DNA from: an uncultured Atribacterota bacterium
GTDB taxonomy: Bacteria > Atribacterota > Phoenicimicrobiia > Phoenicimicrobiales > Stramentimicrobiaceae
DNA length: 64,000 nucleotides
Direction: 5' to 3'
NCBI GenBank assembly: GCA_964433555.1
Contig: CAYSRG010000006.1
Location: 11,520-75,519, forward strand
In this document: positions 28,666 through 37,917 of the stretch, piece by piece
Layout of the letters: each line of letters begins with the position of its first letter
How positions within the stretch are numbered: position 1 is the first letter of the stretch
Notes under the pieces: model-generated
Told to the model about the DNA's origin: nothing
What the model saw: the letters and a program-made list of their open reading frames with translations, nothing else
The model's database searches: none
Translations under genes and position numbers: made by a program

Positions 28666-29622
28666 CTATTGATAGAGAAGTGCAGTAATATCAGGATCAT
28701 CAATATTGGTGCTATCATACCAGTGAAATCCGGTATTAATGAATTCAGATAATGGTTCACCTTTAATGGCTTTTATTGCAGCTTCCACGCTTTTGTAACC
28801 AATACCAATAGGATCTTGTGTAATAGCGCCAGCTTGAAGGCCAGATTTAATAGCTTCGATTTGCTGTTGACCAGAGTCATAGCCAATTACTACAAGTTTC
28901 CCCTTCATTCCTAATTCCTGAACAGCATTTAAAACACCAATGATGGAACCCTCATTAGCACCAAAGAAGCCTTTGAGATCAGGATTACCTTGAATTATGG
29001 CTTTAGCTAAATCTGTTGATCTCAGATGATCTCCGCCGCCATATTGAGTGGCAACTATGATAACATCCGGATATTTTTCATTAATCCTATCAGTAAATCC
29101 TTTAACTCTATCAATACCGGTACGGCTAGTTTGGTCATGAGCTATAATTGCTACTTTGCCCGAACCGCCAATCAACTCTGCCATTTTATCAGCTGCCAAT
29201 GCAGCAGCAGCAATATTATCGGTAGCAGCGGTTGTTACGGGAATATCACTGTCAACTCCTGAGTCAAAACCAATTATTGGTATTCCTTTTTCTTTCGCCT
29301 GCTCCAGCAGAGGAATGGCTGCTTTTGAGTCAACGGCTGCAAAACATATTGCATCAGGATTTTTATCAATAGCTACTTGCAGCATATCCATTTGTTTATC
29401 AACCATTGCTTCACTTTCTGGTCCCTCAAATGTAATTGTCACATTAAAATCCTTAGCTGCCTGTTCAGCTCCTGCCTTAACTGCCAGCCAAAATTGGTGT
29501 TGGAAGCCTTTAGAAACAAGAGGAATGTAGAGCTTTTTTTCTTGTGCCACAGAATAAGTAACTAAAAAAGAGACAACAACAGCAATCAACAATAGTGTAA
29601 TAATGAGTTTTTGCTTTTTCAT
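28666..29622 (-). CDS. Sugar ABC transporter substrate-binding protein (RbsB-like, PBP1)
   Basis: Signal peptide MKKQKLIITLLLIAVVVSFLVTYSVAQ. ..PLVSKGFQHQFW.. is typical of ribose/monosaccharide binding proteins. Confidence 0.8.
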   Translation of the reverse strand: MKKQKLIITLLLIAVVVSFLVTYSVAQEKKLYIPLVSKGFQHQFWLAVKAGAEQAAKDFNVTITFEGPESEAMVDKQMDMLQVAIDKNPDAICFAAVDSKAAIPLLEQAKEKGIPIIGFDSGVDSDIPVTTAATDNIAAAALAADKMAELIGGSGKVAIIAHDQTSRTGIDRVKGFTDRINEKYPDVIIVATQYGGGDHLRSTDLAKAIIQGNPDLKGFFGANEGSIIGVLNAVQELGMKGKLVVIGYDSGQQQIEAIKSGLQAGAITQDPIGIGYKSVEAAIKAIKGEPLSEFINTGFHWYDSTNIDDPDITALLYQ

Positions 29623-29657
29623 AATAATAACCTCCTAAAATTATTATTTTTAATATT

Positions 29658-29686
29658 ATCTTATCTATTATTTATTTTTCTGTCAA
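29658..29686 (-). promoter_or_regulatory. Promoter candidate TTGACA-17-TAAGAT for the ribose-type ABC operon
   Basis: The minus strand reads TTGACA gaaaaataaataataga TAAGAT, about 35 nt upstream of the ATG at 29622. Confidence 0.5.
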
Positions 29687-30025
29687 TCTTGTCTATTTAA
29701 TCTTATCCTGAAGGTTTAACAATTCTTGCTGCTTCAGGATGTTCCACAGCAATATGTCTGCCACGTCGCTTTTTCTTCAGAGTACTACCTATTTGATGAA
29801 AATAGAGTGGTTCAATTAAACTATTTTCTTTAATCAAATAAATCAGGTAACTGGTAAGCTGATAGAGAAATTAATTCAGTAGTTCTGGTTAAATTATCAA
29901 AACAGCTTTTACTGCATCATCCAAAGGAAAGTCATATTGAATAGATACTGATAAATCTGTTTTAACACAATAAATAACCTTGTTGGAGATTATTATGTTG
30001 AATTTTACATAATTATTCAGTTCTC

Positions 30026-30760
30026 TTATTGTATTAAAAATTGTGCATGAACAGTTACTTTAATTTCTTTTCTGCGAGAGGCAGTGTTATACATTCCATA
30101 GCTTTCTACCTCAGTAGAATAAGGTTCTACAATCTGAAACACACCTGCCTGAGACCAAATCATCTTTCCAGCTTTATGACCACTTTCCTTTAAAATCATT
30201 TCTGCTCTTTCCCGAGCATTCCTGGTAGCCAGTTCCAGCAAATTCTTTTTTAAAGTATCGATCTCAGAGTAGAAATATTCCAGTGATGAAACCTGAAAAA
30301 AAATATCCTGGTTTAAAAGTTCATCTGGATTTAAGGCTAACTCTTCAATAACCTCTACTTCTCGAGAGATAGTAAAAAGCGACTGATTTAAGACATAACC
30401 TACCACTTCTCCATCTCGGTTCCATCTTTTCTGAGTAGAAATAGGATTGATATTGATATCATCTGATAAAATTCCCTTGTTTTGTAAAATATGAATCAAT
30501 AGGTCTCTTTTTTCCTGAATATTACGGTAACCATCTCGTATATTGAATAGATCAGTGTTTTCCTCCAGGGTAATATTCCACTTCACAATATCTGACTCAA
30601 ATCCCTGGGTAGCTGCTCCTAATACCTGAACGAAATTACGGCTGCTTCTGGTTTGATAAAAAAAGAAACCAAAAATTAAAGCAGCTAAAACAATCGATAT
30701 CCCCAGTATCAGAAAAGCAGTCGAAAAATCATAGGATTTAAAATATTTCTCTTTCTCCAT
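30026..30760 (-). CDS. Membrane-anchored SIMPL-like (DUF541) protein
   Basis: One N-terminal TM (FLILGISIVLAALIFGFFFY). Size and alpha/beta pattern are reminiscent of the SIMPL family. Assignment from memory only. Confidence 0.4.
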   Translation of the reverse strand: MEKEKYFKSYDFSTAFLILGISIVLAALIFGFFFYQTRSSRNFVQVLGAATQGFESDIVKWNITLEENTDLFNIRDGYRNIQEKRDLLIHILQNKGILSDDININPISTQKRWNRDGEVVGYVLNQSLFTISREVEVIEELALNPDELLNQDIFFQVSSLEYFYSEIDTLKKNLLELATRNARERAEMILKESGHKAGKMIWSQAGVFQIVEPYSTEVESYGMYNTASRRKEIKVTVHAQFLIQ

Positions 30761-30782
30761 CTACTCTCTCCTTTTGCAACTT

Positions 30783-31322
30783 CTATCTGGCATACTTTTT
30801 AAATGTCTCTTCGTATTTCTTTACTTTAGGTTTGACCACCAGCTGACAGTATCTATTTTCTGGATGATTCTCATAATAGTCTCTATGATACTCTTCTGCT
30901 GGATAAAATTTTCGAAAGGGTACAATCTCCGTTACAATAGAATTCTGCCAAATATGGGTATCCTGTAAATCTCTTTTTGAGATCTCAGCAACTTTTTTCT
31001 GTTCTTCATTATGATAAAATATCACTGAACGATATTGTGAGCCAATATCATTACCCTGGTGATTTAAGGTAGTCGGATTATGAATCCGCCAGAAAATTTC
31101 TAATATCTCATCATAAGAAATAATTTCAGGATTAAAAAATATCTGTATTGCCTCAGCATGACCAGTGGTATCGGAACAAACCTGCTCATAACTTGGATTA
31201 TCTAGTCCTCCTCCACTATAGCCCGGAATAACTTCCATAACACCCTTTACTCTTTTATAAATTGCTTCCAGACACCAAAAACAACCACCAGCTAAGGTGG
31301 CAACTTCCTTTTTTCCTTCCAT
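30783..31322 (-). CDS. msrA: Peptide-methionine (S)-S-oxide reductase
   Basis: Catalytic GCFWC motif (ATLAGGCFWCLEA). 179 aa. Confidence 0.9.
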   Translation of the reverse strand: MEGKKEVATLAGGCFWCLEAIYKRVKGVMEVIPGYSGGGLDNPSYEQVCSDTTGHAEAIQIFFNPEIISYDEILEIFWRIHNPTTLNHQGNDIGSQYRSVIFYHNEEQKKVAEISKRDLQDTHIWQNSIVTEIVPFRKFYPAEEYHRDYYENHPENRYCQLVVKPKVKKYEETFKKYAR

Positions 31323-31376
31323 TTTAGGTATTTTCCTGCGTTATTATTGTTAATTATTAACTATCATAACACAATA

Positions 31377-31410
31377 GGATATTCAAAGGGAATCCTTCCC
31401 CTTGAGAACC
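31377..31410 (-). repeat. Degenerate copy A of the TTCAAGGGGAA/TTCCCCTTGAA palindrome, about 55 nt upstream of msrA
   Basis: Plus strand GGATATTCAAAGGGAAtccTTCCCCTTGAGAACC. 10-bp stem with one A:C mismatch on the plus strand, which is G:U on the minus strand. Confidence 0.7.
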
Positions 31411-31484
31411 TCTAAAATTCAACTCAATGGATAAAAAGTTAAATTCTTTATGAAATTATCAATATGTTTTTAAATTCACTTCCA

Positions 31485-31742
31485 TTAACCACCTCCAATA
31501 GGAGGGTATATCTTAATAATATCTCCGTCCTGCAAGTTACGTTCCAGCTGACTGAAGGAAACAACTTTTTCATTTACTATGACCATACTGATGGCATCCA
31601 TAGCTTTCTCATGCTTGATGGTTTCCTGTAAGAATTTTTTAATTGTTTTCCGTTCAAAAATCTCTTTTTGCAAACCTTTTTCTTCTTGATAATCATCCAC
31701 ATAGTTTTTTAAATTAGAATATATTACTAGTCTTACCTTCAT
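31485..31742 (-). CDS. MoaD/ThiS-family beta-grasp protein with C-terminal Gly-Gly-Gly
   Basis: 85 aa from ATG 31742 (GGAG 6 nt upstream; the track starts at GTG 31754). It ends ..IKIYPPIGGG. Confidence 0.6.
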   Translation of the reverse strand: MKVRLVIYSNLKNYVDDYQEEKGLQKEIFERKTIKKFLQETIKHEKAMDAISMVIVNEKVVSFSQLERNLQDGDIIKIYPPIGGG

Positions 31743-32007
31743 CTTGAACTCCACTTGATAGTTTCTCTTTTATAATTATCAAAAGATAAGTTATTACCTG
31801 ACTGTCAGCAGAACAAATTCGCCTGAAATATATTTATACTTCTATTGATATATATTTAATTTCAATAAACATTTCCGAACGTCTTCTTAGAATACTTTTT
31901 AAAATTTTTCAGAGAATTTGTATTTTTATAATTCCTAATATTCATAAACTTCTTGTGAAATTATTAAATATCGTAATATTAAAATATTTATTTTAAATAA
32001 TATTATA

Positions 32008-32991
32008 CTAAAATAAATTAATAAATAACAGCAACAGAGGCAAAACAAACATAACTCCAACAGTAGTAAAAATCCAACAGGAATTGACTAAATCTATATT
32101 CAAATTATAAATATTAGCTGCTATAACTGAATTAAAGGCAACCGGCATTGCCGACATAATTAAAGAAACTTTTAAGGGCAAGCCATTATTTATTGATTGA
32201 TAATTCAATAGGAATACTATAATCAGTGTAGTTAATGGTAGGGCAACAAACTTGATAAATGAAATATATGAACATTCCCTGATATATTTTGAAATACGAC
32301 TCAATTTTAAGTTTATTCCCACTGAAAAGAGAAGAACAAAAGTTGTTAGTGGTACAAGCAGTTCATTGAGTGGAGCATAAATAGGTGGTCTTTCTATAGT
32401 ACTTAGATTTAAAAATAAACCCACCAATACCGCCCCTATGCCTATATAGAAAAATGGATCCTTAATTACTTCTATTATTTTATGGCTCATTTTTTTGTCT
32501 TTAATAAAATTAGTACTATACATATTTGCAATTGGATAGCCTATCCCATAATATAAAAAACGCATAAAAAAATTATAAATAGGCACCAGGGCATAACCTT
32601 CTTCTCCTAAATAGTAAAAACAAATCATTCCACCTAGTGAAGCGGTGTTGGCAAAAAAACCACAGCTAAACATGGAACCTGTATCAATAGAATTATAATG
32701 CTTGCATTTAGATAATATTACCGCATATACCCCACCGGCAACGATGGATATTGAACCTACAAAAGATAGGCTAATAATTCCAGATAGACTTTCAATTTTA
32801 AAAATCCATAAACTCCCGATATAAGTTATAGAAATTAACCAGATCATACCCAGCTTCTGGAGAAAAATAGCAATTCCTCTTAGAGATTCATCGGTTAACC
32901 ATTGATGTTTTTTCATCAATTTCTGGAATAAATAACCACTTAAAGTCCCAACAATTAAAACTAGAAAAGTTTTCCATAAAGCCAAAAACAT
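32008..32991 (-). CDS. Polytopic membrane protein, AEC (auxin efflux carrier)-like permease
   Basis: 327 aa, about 10 predicted TM segments in a 5+5 arrangement with a central loop. Family call is tentative. Confidence 0.45.
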   Translation of the reverse strand: MFLALWKTFLVLIVGTLSGYLFQKLMKKHQWLTDESLRGIAIFLQKLGMIWLISITYIGSLWIFKIESLSGIISLSFVGSISIVAGGVYAVILSKCKHYNSIDTGSMFSCGFFANTASLGGMICFYYLGEEGYALVPIYNFFMRFLYYGIGYPIANMYSTNFIKDKKMSHKIIEVIKDPFFYIGIGAVLVGLFLNLSTIERPPIYAPLNELLVPLTTFVLLFSVGINLKLSRISKYIRECSYISFIKFVALPLTTLIIVFLLNYQSINNGLPLKVSLIMSAMPVAFNSVIAANIYNLNIDLVNSCWIFTTVGVMFVLPLLLLFINLF

Positions 32992-33355
32992 GATAGTACC
33001 CTCAAAAAGAATAATTTCATGAAAAAGATGCTAAATATTTAAGTCTCGGAAAGACATTCTTAATACATCTCTAGAATATTACAATAGTAATACTCTATCA
33101 TATACCCAGGATATAAATCAACACATGTAATATGTTATAAGTTTTAGCAAGGCTTTCTTCAGATTTCCCCGTGCAGTTTGCATCCTAATCTTAAGCTAAA
33201 TTTTGCTATTCTTCCTCTCTCTTTTATCTCTTTTATTCTTATTCTTTGAGTAAACCTACTCTGCCAACATCTGTCTCCCTCTTATCTTTCGAGGAAAAAT
33301 CTATAGTTAACCTTTCTACACATATTTAATTAATTAAGAGCGATATTTCTGATAT

Positions 33356-34276
33356 TTGCATAACAATAATATAATTGATAATATAAATGAGAAAAATAAA
33401 CTGAGGAATAAGCTTTTGAGTCAATTAATCTTAATACGAAAGCCAAAAATAAATAATGCCCGAATGTTGATAGGATTCAGCGGCTGGATGAATGGCGGTG
33501 AGGTATCCACTGGGACTATTGATTATATCAGAAACAAACTAAAGGCCATAAAATTTGCCGAAATAAAAGCTAATCGTTTTTATATTTTTAATTTCCCCGC
33601 AACCATAGAGCTGGTCAGTGAATTCAGGCCAAACGTTAGAATTGAAAATGGGATCTTAAAGAATTTTGATTTTCCAAAAAATGAATTCTATTATCACCAA
33701 GAAAGTAATCTAATTCTCTTTAAAGGGAAAGAACCTAATATTAACTGGGAAGAGTATGCTAACTATCTTTTTAAAGTTGGAGAGAGATATAATTTACAAA
33801 GAGTTTACTTTATAGGAAGTGTTGCTGCCGCTACACCTCATACCCGAGCTATTAGAACCTCTTGTTATTGCTCAAAGGAAGAGTTAAAAGAAGAAGTGAG
33901 AGCTCATGGTATTAAATTCACTATATACGGAGGCCCGGGTAGTATTAGTACTTATCTTACTCATTTAGCCAGATTGAAAGGCATCGAAATAATAAATTTT
34001 ATAGCTGAAATTCCTATCTATATTCAATCGGAAAATCCTAAAGCAATTAAAATGATGGCTGAAAAACTAATCAAATTATTAGATCTTAATATTGATACCG
34101 ATGATTTAACCAGTAGAAATTTAGCTTTTGAGAAAAGGATCAATGAATTACTGGAACATCAACCTTCACTTATGGAAGAAATTAAAAAATTAGAAGAAAA
34201 TTATGACCAGGAATTTTTTAATGATAAGGGTGGCTTTGAAGAATGGTTAAAAAGAAAAGGGATTGACAAACTTTAA
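33356..34276 (+). CDS. PAC2 (proteasome assembly chaperone 2)-family protein
   Basis: ..LIGFSGWMNGGEVSTG.. matches the GF.GW.d.G motif of bacterial PAC2-family proteins. The track start is TTG; the true start is uncertain (first in-frame ATG is at codon 37). Confidence 0.55.
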   Translation: MHNNNIIDNINEKNKLRNKLLSQLILIRKPKINNARMLIGFSGWMNGGEVSTGTIDYIRNKLKAIKFAEIKANRFYIFNFPATIELVSEFRPNVRIENGILKNFDFPKNEFYYHQESNLILFKGKEPNINWEEYANYLFKVGERYNLQRVYFIGSVAAATPHTRAIRTSCYCSKEELKEEVRAHGIKFTIYGGPGSISTYLTHLARLKGIEIINFIAEIPIYIQSENPKAIKMMAEKLIKLLDLNIDTDDLTSRNLAFEKRINELLEHQPSLMEEIKKLEENYDQEFFNDKGGFEEWLKRKGIDKL

Positions 34277-34486
34277 GTTGCTACCTTTATTGCTATTTAA
34301 CCATCAAAATAAGGTGCACAATTACTGAATATTTTTAGTATAAAGTGAATAGCCATATTCTTATACAGATTAGCTAAAAAAATACACCAGAAATGAGGTC
34401 AAAAAGAATATAAAAGCGGATAACAAGAAGTAAAAACCATTCTCCTTTGGAAGCTTTTTTACCACTTGCTACATAGATTAGATACT

Positions 34487-35587
34487 TTATTTGCTAGAAA
34501 TTTTAGAATCTTTTTCTGAAAACTCTTTTAATATGTTAATGATAATATTTACTGCTTTTTCCATATCACCAATGGAAATATTTTCATCCTTACTGTGAGG
34601 TAATTTACTACCCATACCCAGAACAGCTGTGGCAATTCCTTTTTCATTTAAATTAGCTGCATCAGTTCCACCGCAAATTACTTTTGTTGTTGGTTTTAAT
34701 CCCATTAATTGAATTGCCTTCTTGGCTACTTTAACTACTTCAGTATTTTCTGAGATGTGATATGCCTTTACACTATGTTTTAGCTGTATTTCTGTTTTAG
34801 CTCCTCTTGCTTTAGCTACAGTTTGGAAAGTTTTTTGTATCAAACGACTTTGTTCCAGACATCTCTTATGCTTCTGACTACGACACTCTATCTGAATTAT
34901 TGCCTTTTCTGGAACAGCATTTAATACCTGGCCACCTTTAATTAATCCAATATTAACAGTTGTTATAGGATCAATCCAACCAGTTCTTAAGAGAGTAATA
35001 GCCTGAGCAGCAACTTCAATAGCAGAAATACCATGTTCTGGTTCTACGGCATGAGCTGCTTTTCCGATAATTTTGATAGTCATTTCTATACGGGAAGGTC
35101 CTCCGATAATTATTTCATCTAAAGCCTCTGTATCAAGAACATATCCTTTTTTTGCTTCTAGTAAACTATCATCTAACAAGCTTGAACCTGATAATCCTAC
35201 CTCTTCCTCACGAGTAATCAAAATTTCTACCGGGGGATACTGGGAAGCTGTTTGTAAAGCTATTAAGACTTCGGCAATACCTGCCTTATCATCTGCCCCT
35301 AATATAGTATCTCCCTTGGAACGAATAACCCCTTTTACCAGGACTGGTTCAATTCCTTTCCCAGGCTTTACCGTATCAGCATGACAGCAAAATAAAATTG
35401 GTTCTGATTGCAGGCTATTCCTTGCTTTTACTCTAATAATTAAATTACCATAACTATCATATTGTGTTTGGGCTCCAATTTCTTTTTGAAATAGATTCTC
35501 CAGAAATTTTAGAAATTCTTGCTCCTCTCCTGATTCACTGTCAATCTTAACCATCTGAAAAAAATACTGCATTATATTTTTTGACAT
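34487..35587 (-). CDS. M20-family metallopeptidase (peptidase T / tripeptidase-like)
   Basis: ..FCCHADTV.., ..GADDKAGIA.., ..TREEEVGLSG.. metal-ligand motifs. 366 aa. Confidence 0.75.
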   Translation of the reverse strand: MSKNIMQYFFQMVKIDSESGEEQEFLKFLENLFQKEIGAQTQYDSYGNLIIRVKARNSLQSEPILFCCHADTVKPGKGIEPVLVKGVIRSKGDTILGADDKAGIAEVLIALQTASQYPPVEILITREEEVGLSGSSLLDDSLLEAKKGYVLDTEALDEIIIGGPSRIEMTIKIIGKAAHAVEPEHGISAIEVAAQAITLLRTGWIDPITTVNIGLIKGGQVLNAVPEKAIIQIECRSQKHKRCLEQSRLIQKTFQTVAKARGAKTEIQLKHSVKAYHISENTEVVKVAKKAIQLMGLKPTTKVICGGTDAANLNEKGIATAVLGMGSKLPHSKDENISIGDMEKAVNIIINILKEFSEKDSKISSK

Positions 35588-35735
35588 TGTCTACTCTTTC
35601 TATATTATTTCTATCTTTGTCCGATGATGGTAATATATTTATTTAGTTATGTCTGCCTTCTTTATTTCTTAAAAAACAATGTATGCCTTCAGAACCTATT
35701 ATTATTTTCCTGGTAATACTATTATAATTCACTAA

Positions 35736-36836
35736 CTACACCAATGTCTTCTCACTCTCAGGATCAAAGATATGGGTTTTTGGCATCTCCAGAGCTACCT
35801 CCATCTCATCTCCTACCTTCTTGCGGGTACGGCTATCTAATTTGGCTACCATCTGATGTTTATCGGAAACTAAGTTAAACAGTACCTCATCCCCCAGTGG
35901 TTCAATAACCTCAATCTTGGATTTAATAGTATTATCTTCAGTAGCCTCCGGGTAAAACTGTTTATCATGAAAGTCTTCAGGACGTACTCCGAAGGTGACC
36001 TTTTTACCATCATAAGAAGAGATGGCCTGATGAAATTCTGAAGGCAGTTTCACCTGGAAGCTCTCGGCATCGATAAAGTAAGTCGAGCCTTTCTTGAGCA
36101 AGGTACTGGGGAAGAAGTTCATAGCTGGAGAGCCAATAAAACCGGCAACAAACTGATTGGTCGGCTCTTTATAGACATCTAAGGGAGGTCCAGCCTGCTG
36201 TAGTCTACCCTCATTTAGAATAAAGATACGGGAGGCCATAGTCATAGCCTCAATCTGGTCATGGGTCACATAAATGATGGTAGCCTCCAGGCGATTATGG
36301 AGTTTGGATATCTCGGCACGCATAGCCACACGAAGCTTGGCATCTAAGTTAGAAAGCGGCTCATCAAAGAGAAAGACCTTGGGTTTGCGTACGATAGCCC
36401 GACCTACTGCTACCCGTTGCCGTTGACCACCGGAGAGTTCCTTGGGACGTCGCTTGAGTAGTTTTTCGATACCCAGTATCTCGGCTGCCTCATGAACACG
36501 AGCATCTATCTCATCTTTGGGGAATTTACGCAATTTTAAACCAAAAGCCATATTGTTGTAGACATCCATATGGGGATAGAGGGCATAATTCTGAAAGACC
36601 ATGGCAATGTCACGGTCTTTGGGGGGAATATCATTAACCAGTCGATCTCCAATGTAAATCTCACCAGAGGTTACCTCCTCCAGACCTGCTATGGCGCGTA
36701 AGGTAGTGCTTTTACCGCAGCCGGAGGGACCGACTAAGACGGCAAATTCCTTATCTTCAATATCAATACTGATATCATCAACTGCTATGACATCTTTAAA
36801 TTTTTTGGTAACATTTTTCAAAATTACTTTGGCCAT
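35736..36836 (-). CDS. Sugar ABC transporter ATPase, MalK/MsmX/UgpC type
   Basis: Walker [18 protein letters not shown], Walker [12 protein letters not shown], and a C-terminal MalK-like regulatory/TOBE region. Visibly more GC-rich than neighbouring genes. Confidence 0.9.
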   Translation of the reverse strand: MAKVILKNVTKKFKDVIAVDDISIDIEDKEFAVLVGPSGCGKSTTLRAIAGLEEVTSGEIYIGDRLVNDIPPKDRDIAMVFQNYALYPHMDVYNNMAFGLKLRKFPKDEIDARVHEAAEILGIEKLLKRRPKELSGGQRQRVAVGRAIVRKPKVFLFDEPLSNLDAKLRVAMRAEISKLHNRLEATIIYVTHDQIEAMTMASRIFILNEGRLQQAGPPLDVYKEPTNQFVAGFIGSPAMNFFPSTLLKKGSTYFIDAESFQVKLPSEFHQAISSYDGKKVTFGVRPEDFHDKQFYPEATEDNTIKSKIEVIEPLGDEVLFNLVSDKHQMVAKLDSRTRKKVGDEMEVALEMPKTHIFDPESEKTLV

Positions 36837-36915
36837 ATAAGACCTCCTTAAAACAAATAAATTATAGAATTATTTTTAGCATTGCTCTATTATTATAGCA
36901 AATTGACTATTTATA

Positions 36916-37908
36916 TCAATCAAAATTCCACAACAGAGCAGCTGCTCCAATTACCCCAGCATATTCGCCTAACTGTCCAAAAACAACTTTTAGGTCTACT
37001 AAATGAGAACTCATTGCCCTGGAAACCACAATTTCCTTTAAAGGATTGAGTAATTTTTCACCTTCATTTGTTATTCCTCCAACCAGAACAATCATTTCTG
37101 GATTTAAAGTATTTACCAGAATGGCAATCCCGATACCTAAATACTCAATTGCCTCCTCTACAATATCCTTTACTATTGCATTTCCCTGGCGAGCTAATTC
37201 AAATATTCTTACCAGACTAATATCATCTAAATTACCAAGAGATAAATAATCCTGATTATCCGTCTTTAACTCCTCAATTCTTTTATAAATCCTATTTTTA
37301 ATACCAGCAGCTGAGGAATAAGCTTCTAAACAGCCATTTTTACCACAATTACAACGAGGCCCATCTTTATTGACAATGATATGGCCTATTTCTCCCGCCA
37401 CATTATTTTTGCCATGATATATTTTTCCGCAGAGAATTAATCCACTTCCAATGCCAGTACCCAATGTCAGGCAAATTATATCATCAATACCCTGTGCTAC
37501 ACCAAAAATTCTTTCTCCCCAGGCAGCTACATTGGCATCATTTTCGATAATCACTGGTATTTTAAATTCTTCTTTTATAATGTTGGCCAGTGGAACTTCT
37601 TTCCACCCCGGCAAATTAGGCGCATAATGGATTATCCCTTTCTTATAATCCAGAGGGCCAGGAGCGCCTATGCCAATACCAACTATATCATTAATTTTTA
37701 AACCACTTTGGTGGATTATCTGTTGAATACTATGTTTGATTCTGCCAATAGTTAATTCTTTCCCCTGCTCAGCATGGGTGGGTATCTTCATATGCTTTTT
37801 AATTTCCCCATCTTTACTGACCAAAGCAATATTGACCTTAGTCCCTCCCAGATCAACACCGATAGCTAATTTGTTTTCTCCTTTAAGGTAATTGCTTGAC
37901 CTGTTCAT
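36916..37908 (-). CDS. ROK-family sugar kinase (glucokinase-like)
   Basis: N-terminal ..GVDLGGTK.. and the ROK zinc motif CNCGKNGCLE. 330 aa. Confidence 0.8.
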   Translation of the reverse strand: MNRSSNYLKGENKLAIGVDLGGTKVNIALVSKDGEIKKHMKIPTHAEQGKELTIGRIKHSIQQIIHQSGLKINDIVGIGIGAPGPLDYKKGIIHYAPNLPGWKEVPLANIIKEEFKIPVIIENDANVAAWGERIFGVAQGIDDIICLTLGTGIGSGLILCGKIYHGKNNVAGEIGHIIVNKDGPRCNCGKNGCLEAYSSAAGIKNRIYKRIEELKTDNQDYLSLGNLDDISLVRIFELARQGNAIVKDIVEEAIEYLGIGIAILVNTLNPEMIVLVGGITNEGEKLLNPLKEIVVSRAMSSHLVDLKVVFGQLGEYAGVIGAAALLWNFD

Positions 37909-37917
37909 TTATCTTTG

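Noticed and set aside
29026-29565. Three overlapping plus-strand ORFs (29026-29262, 29156-29530, 29377-29565); similar cases at 5275-5568, 5939-6232, 9602-9994, 35073-35384 and 49178-49576
   Set aside because: All are antisense to well-supported minus-strand genes (binding proteins, permeases, GH43, M20, Asp23). They lack start contexts and show the Ala/Ser/Ile-rich composition typical of antisense frames.
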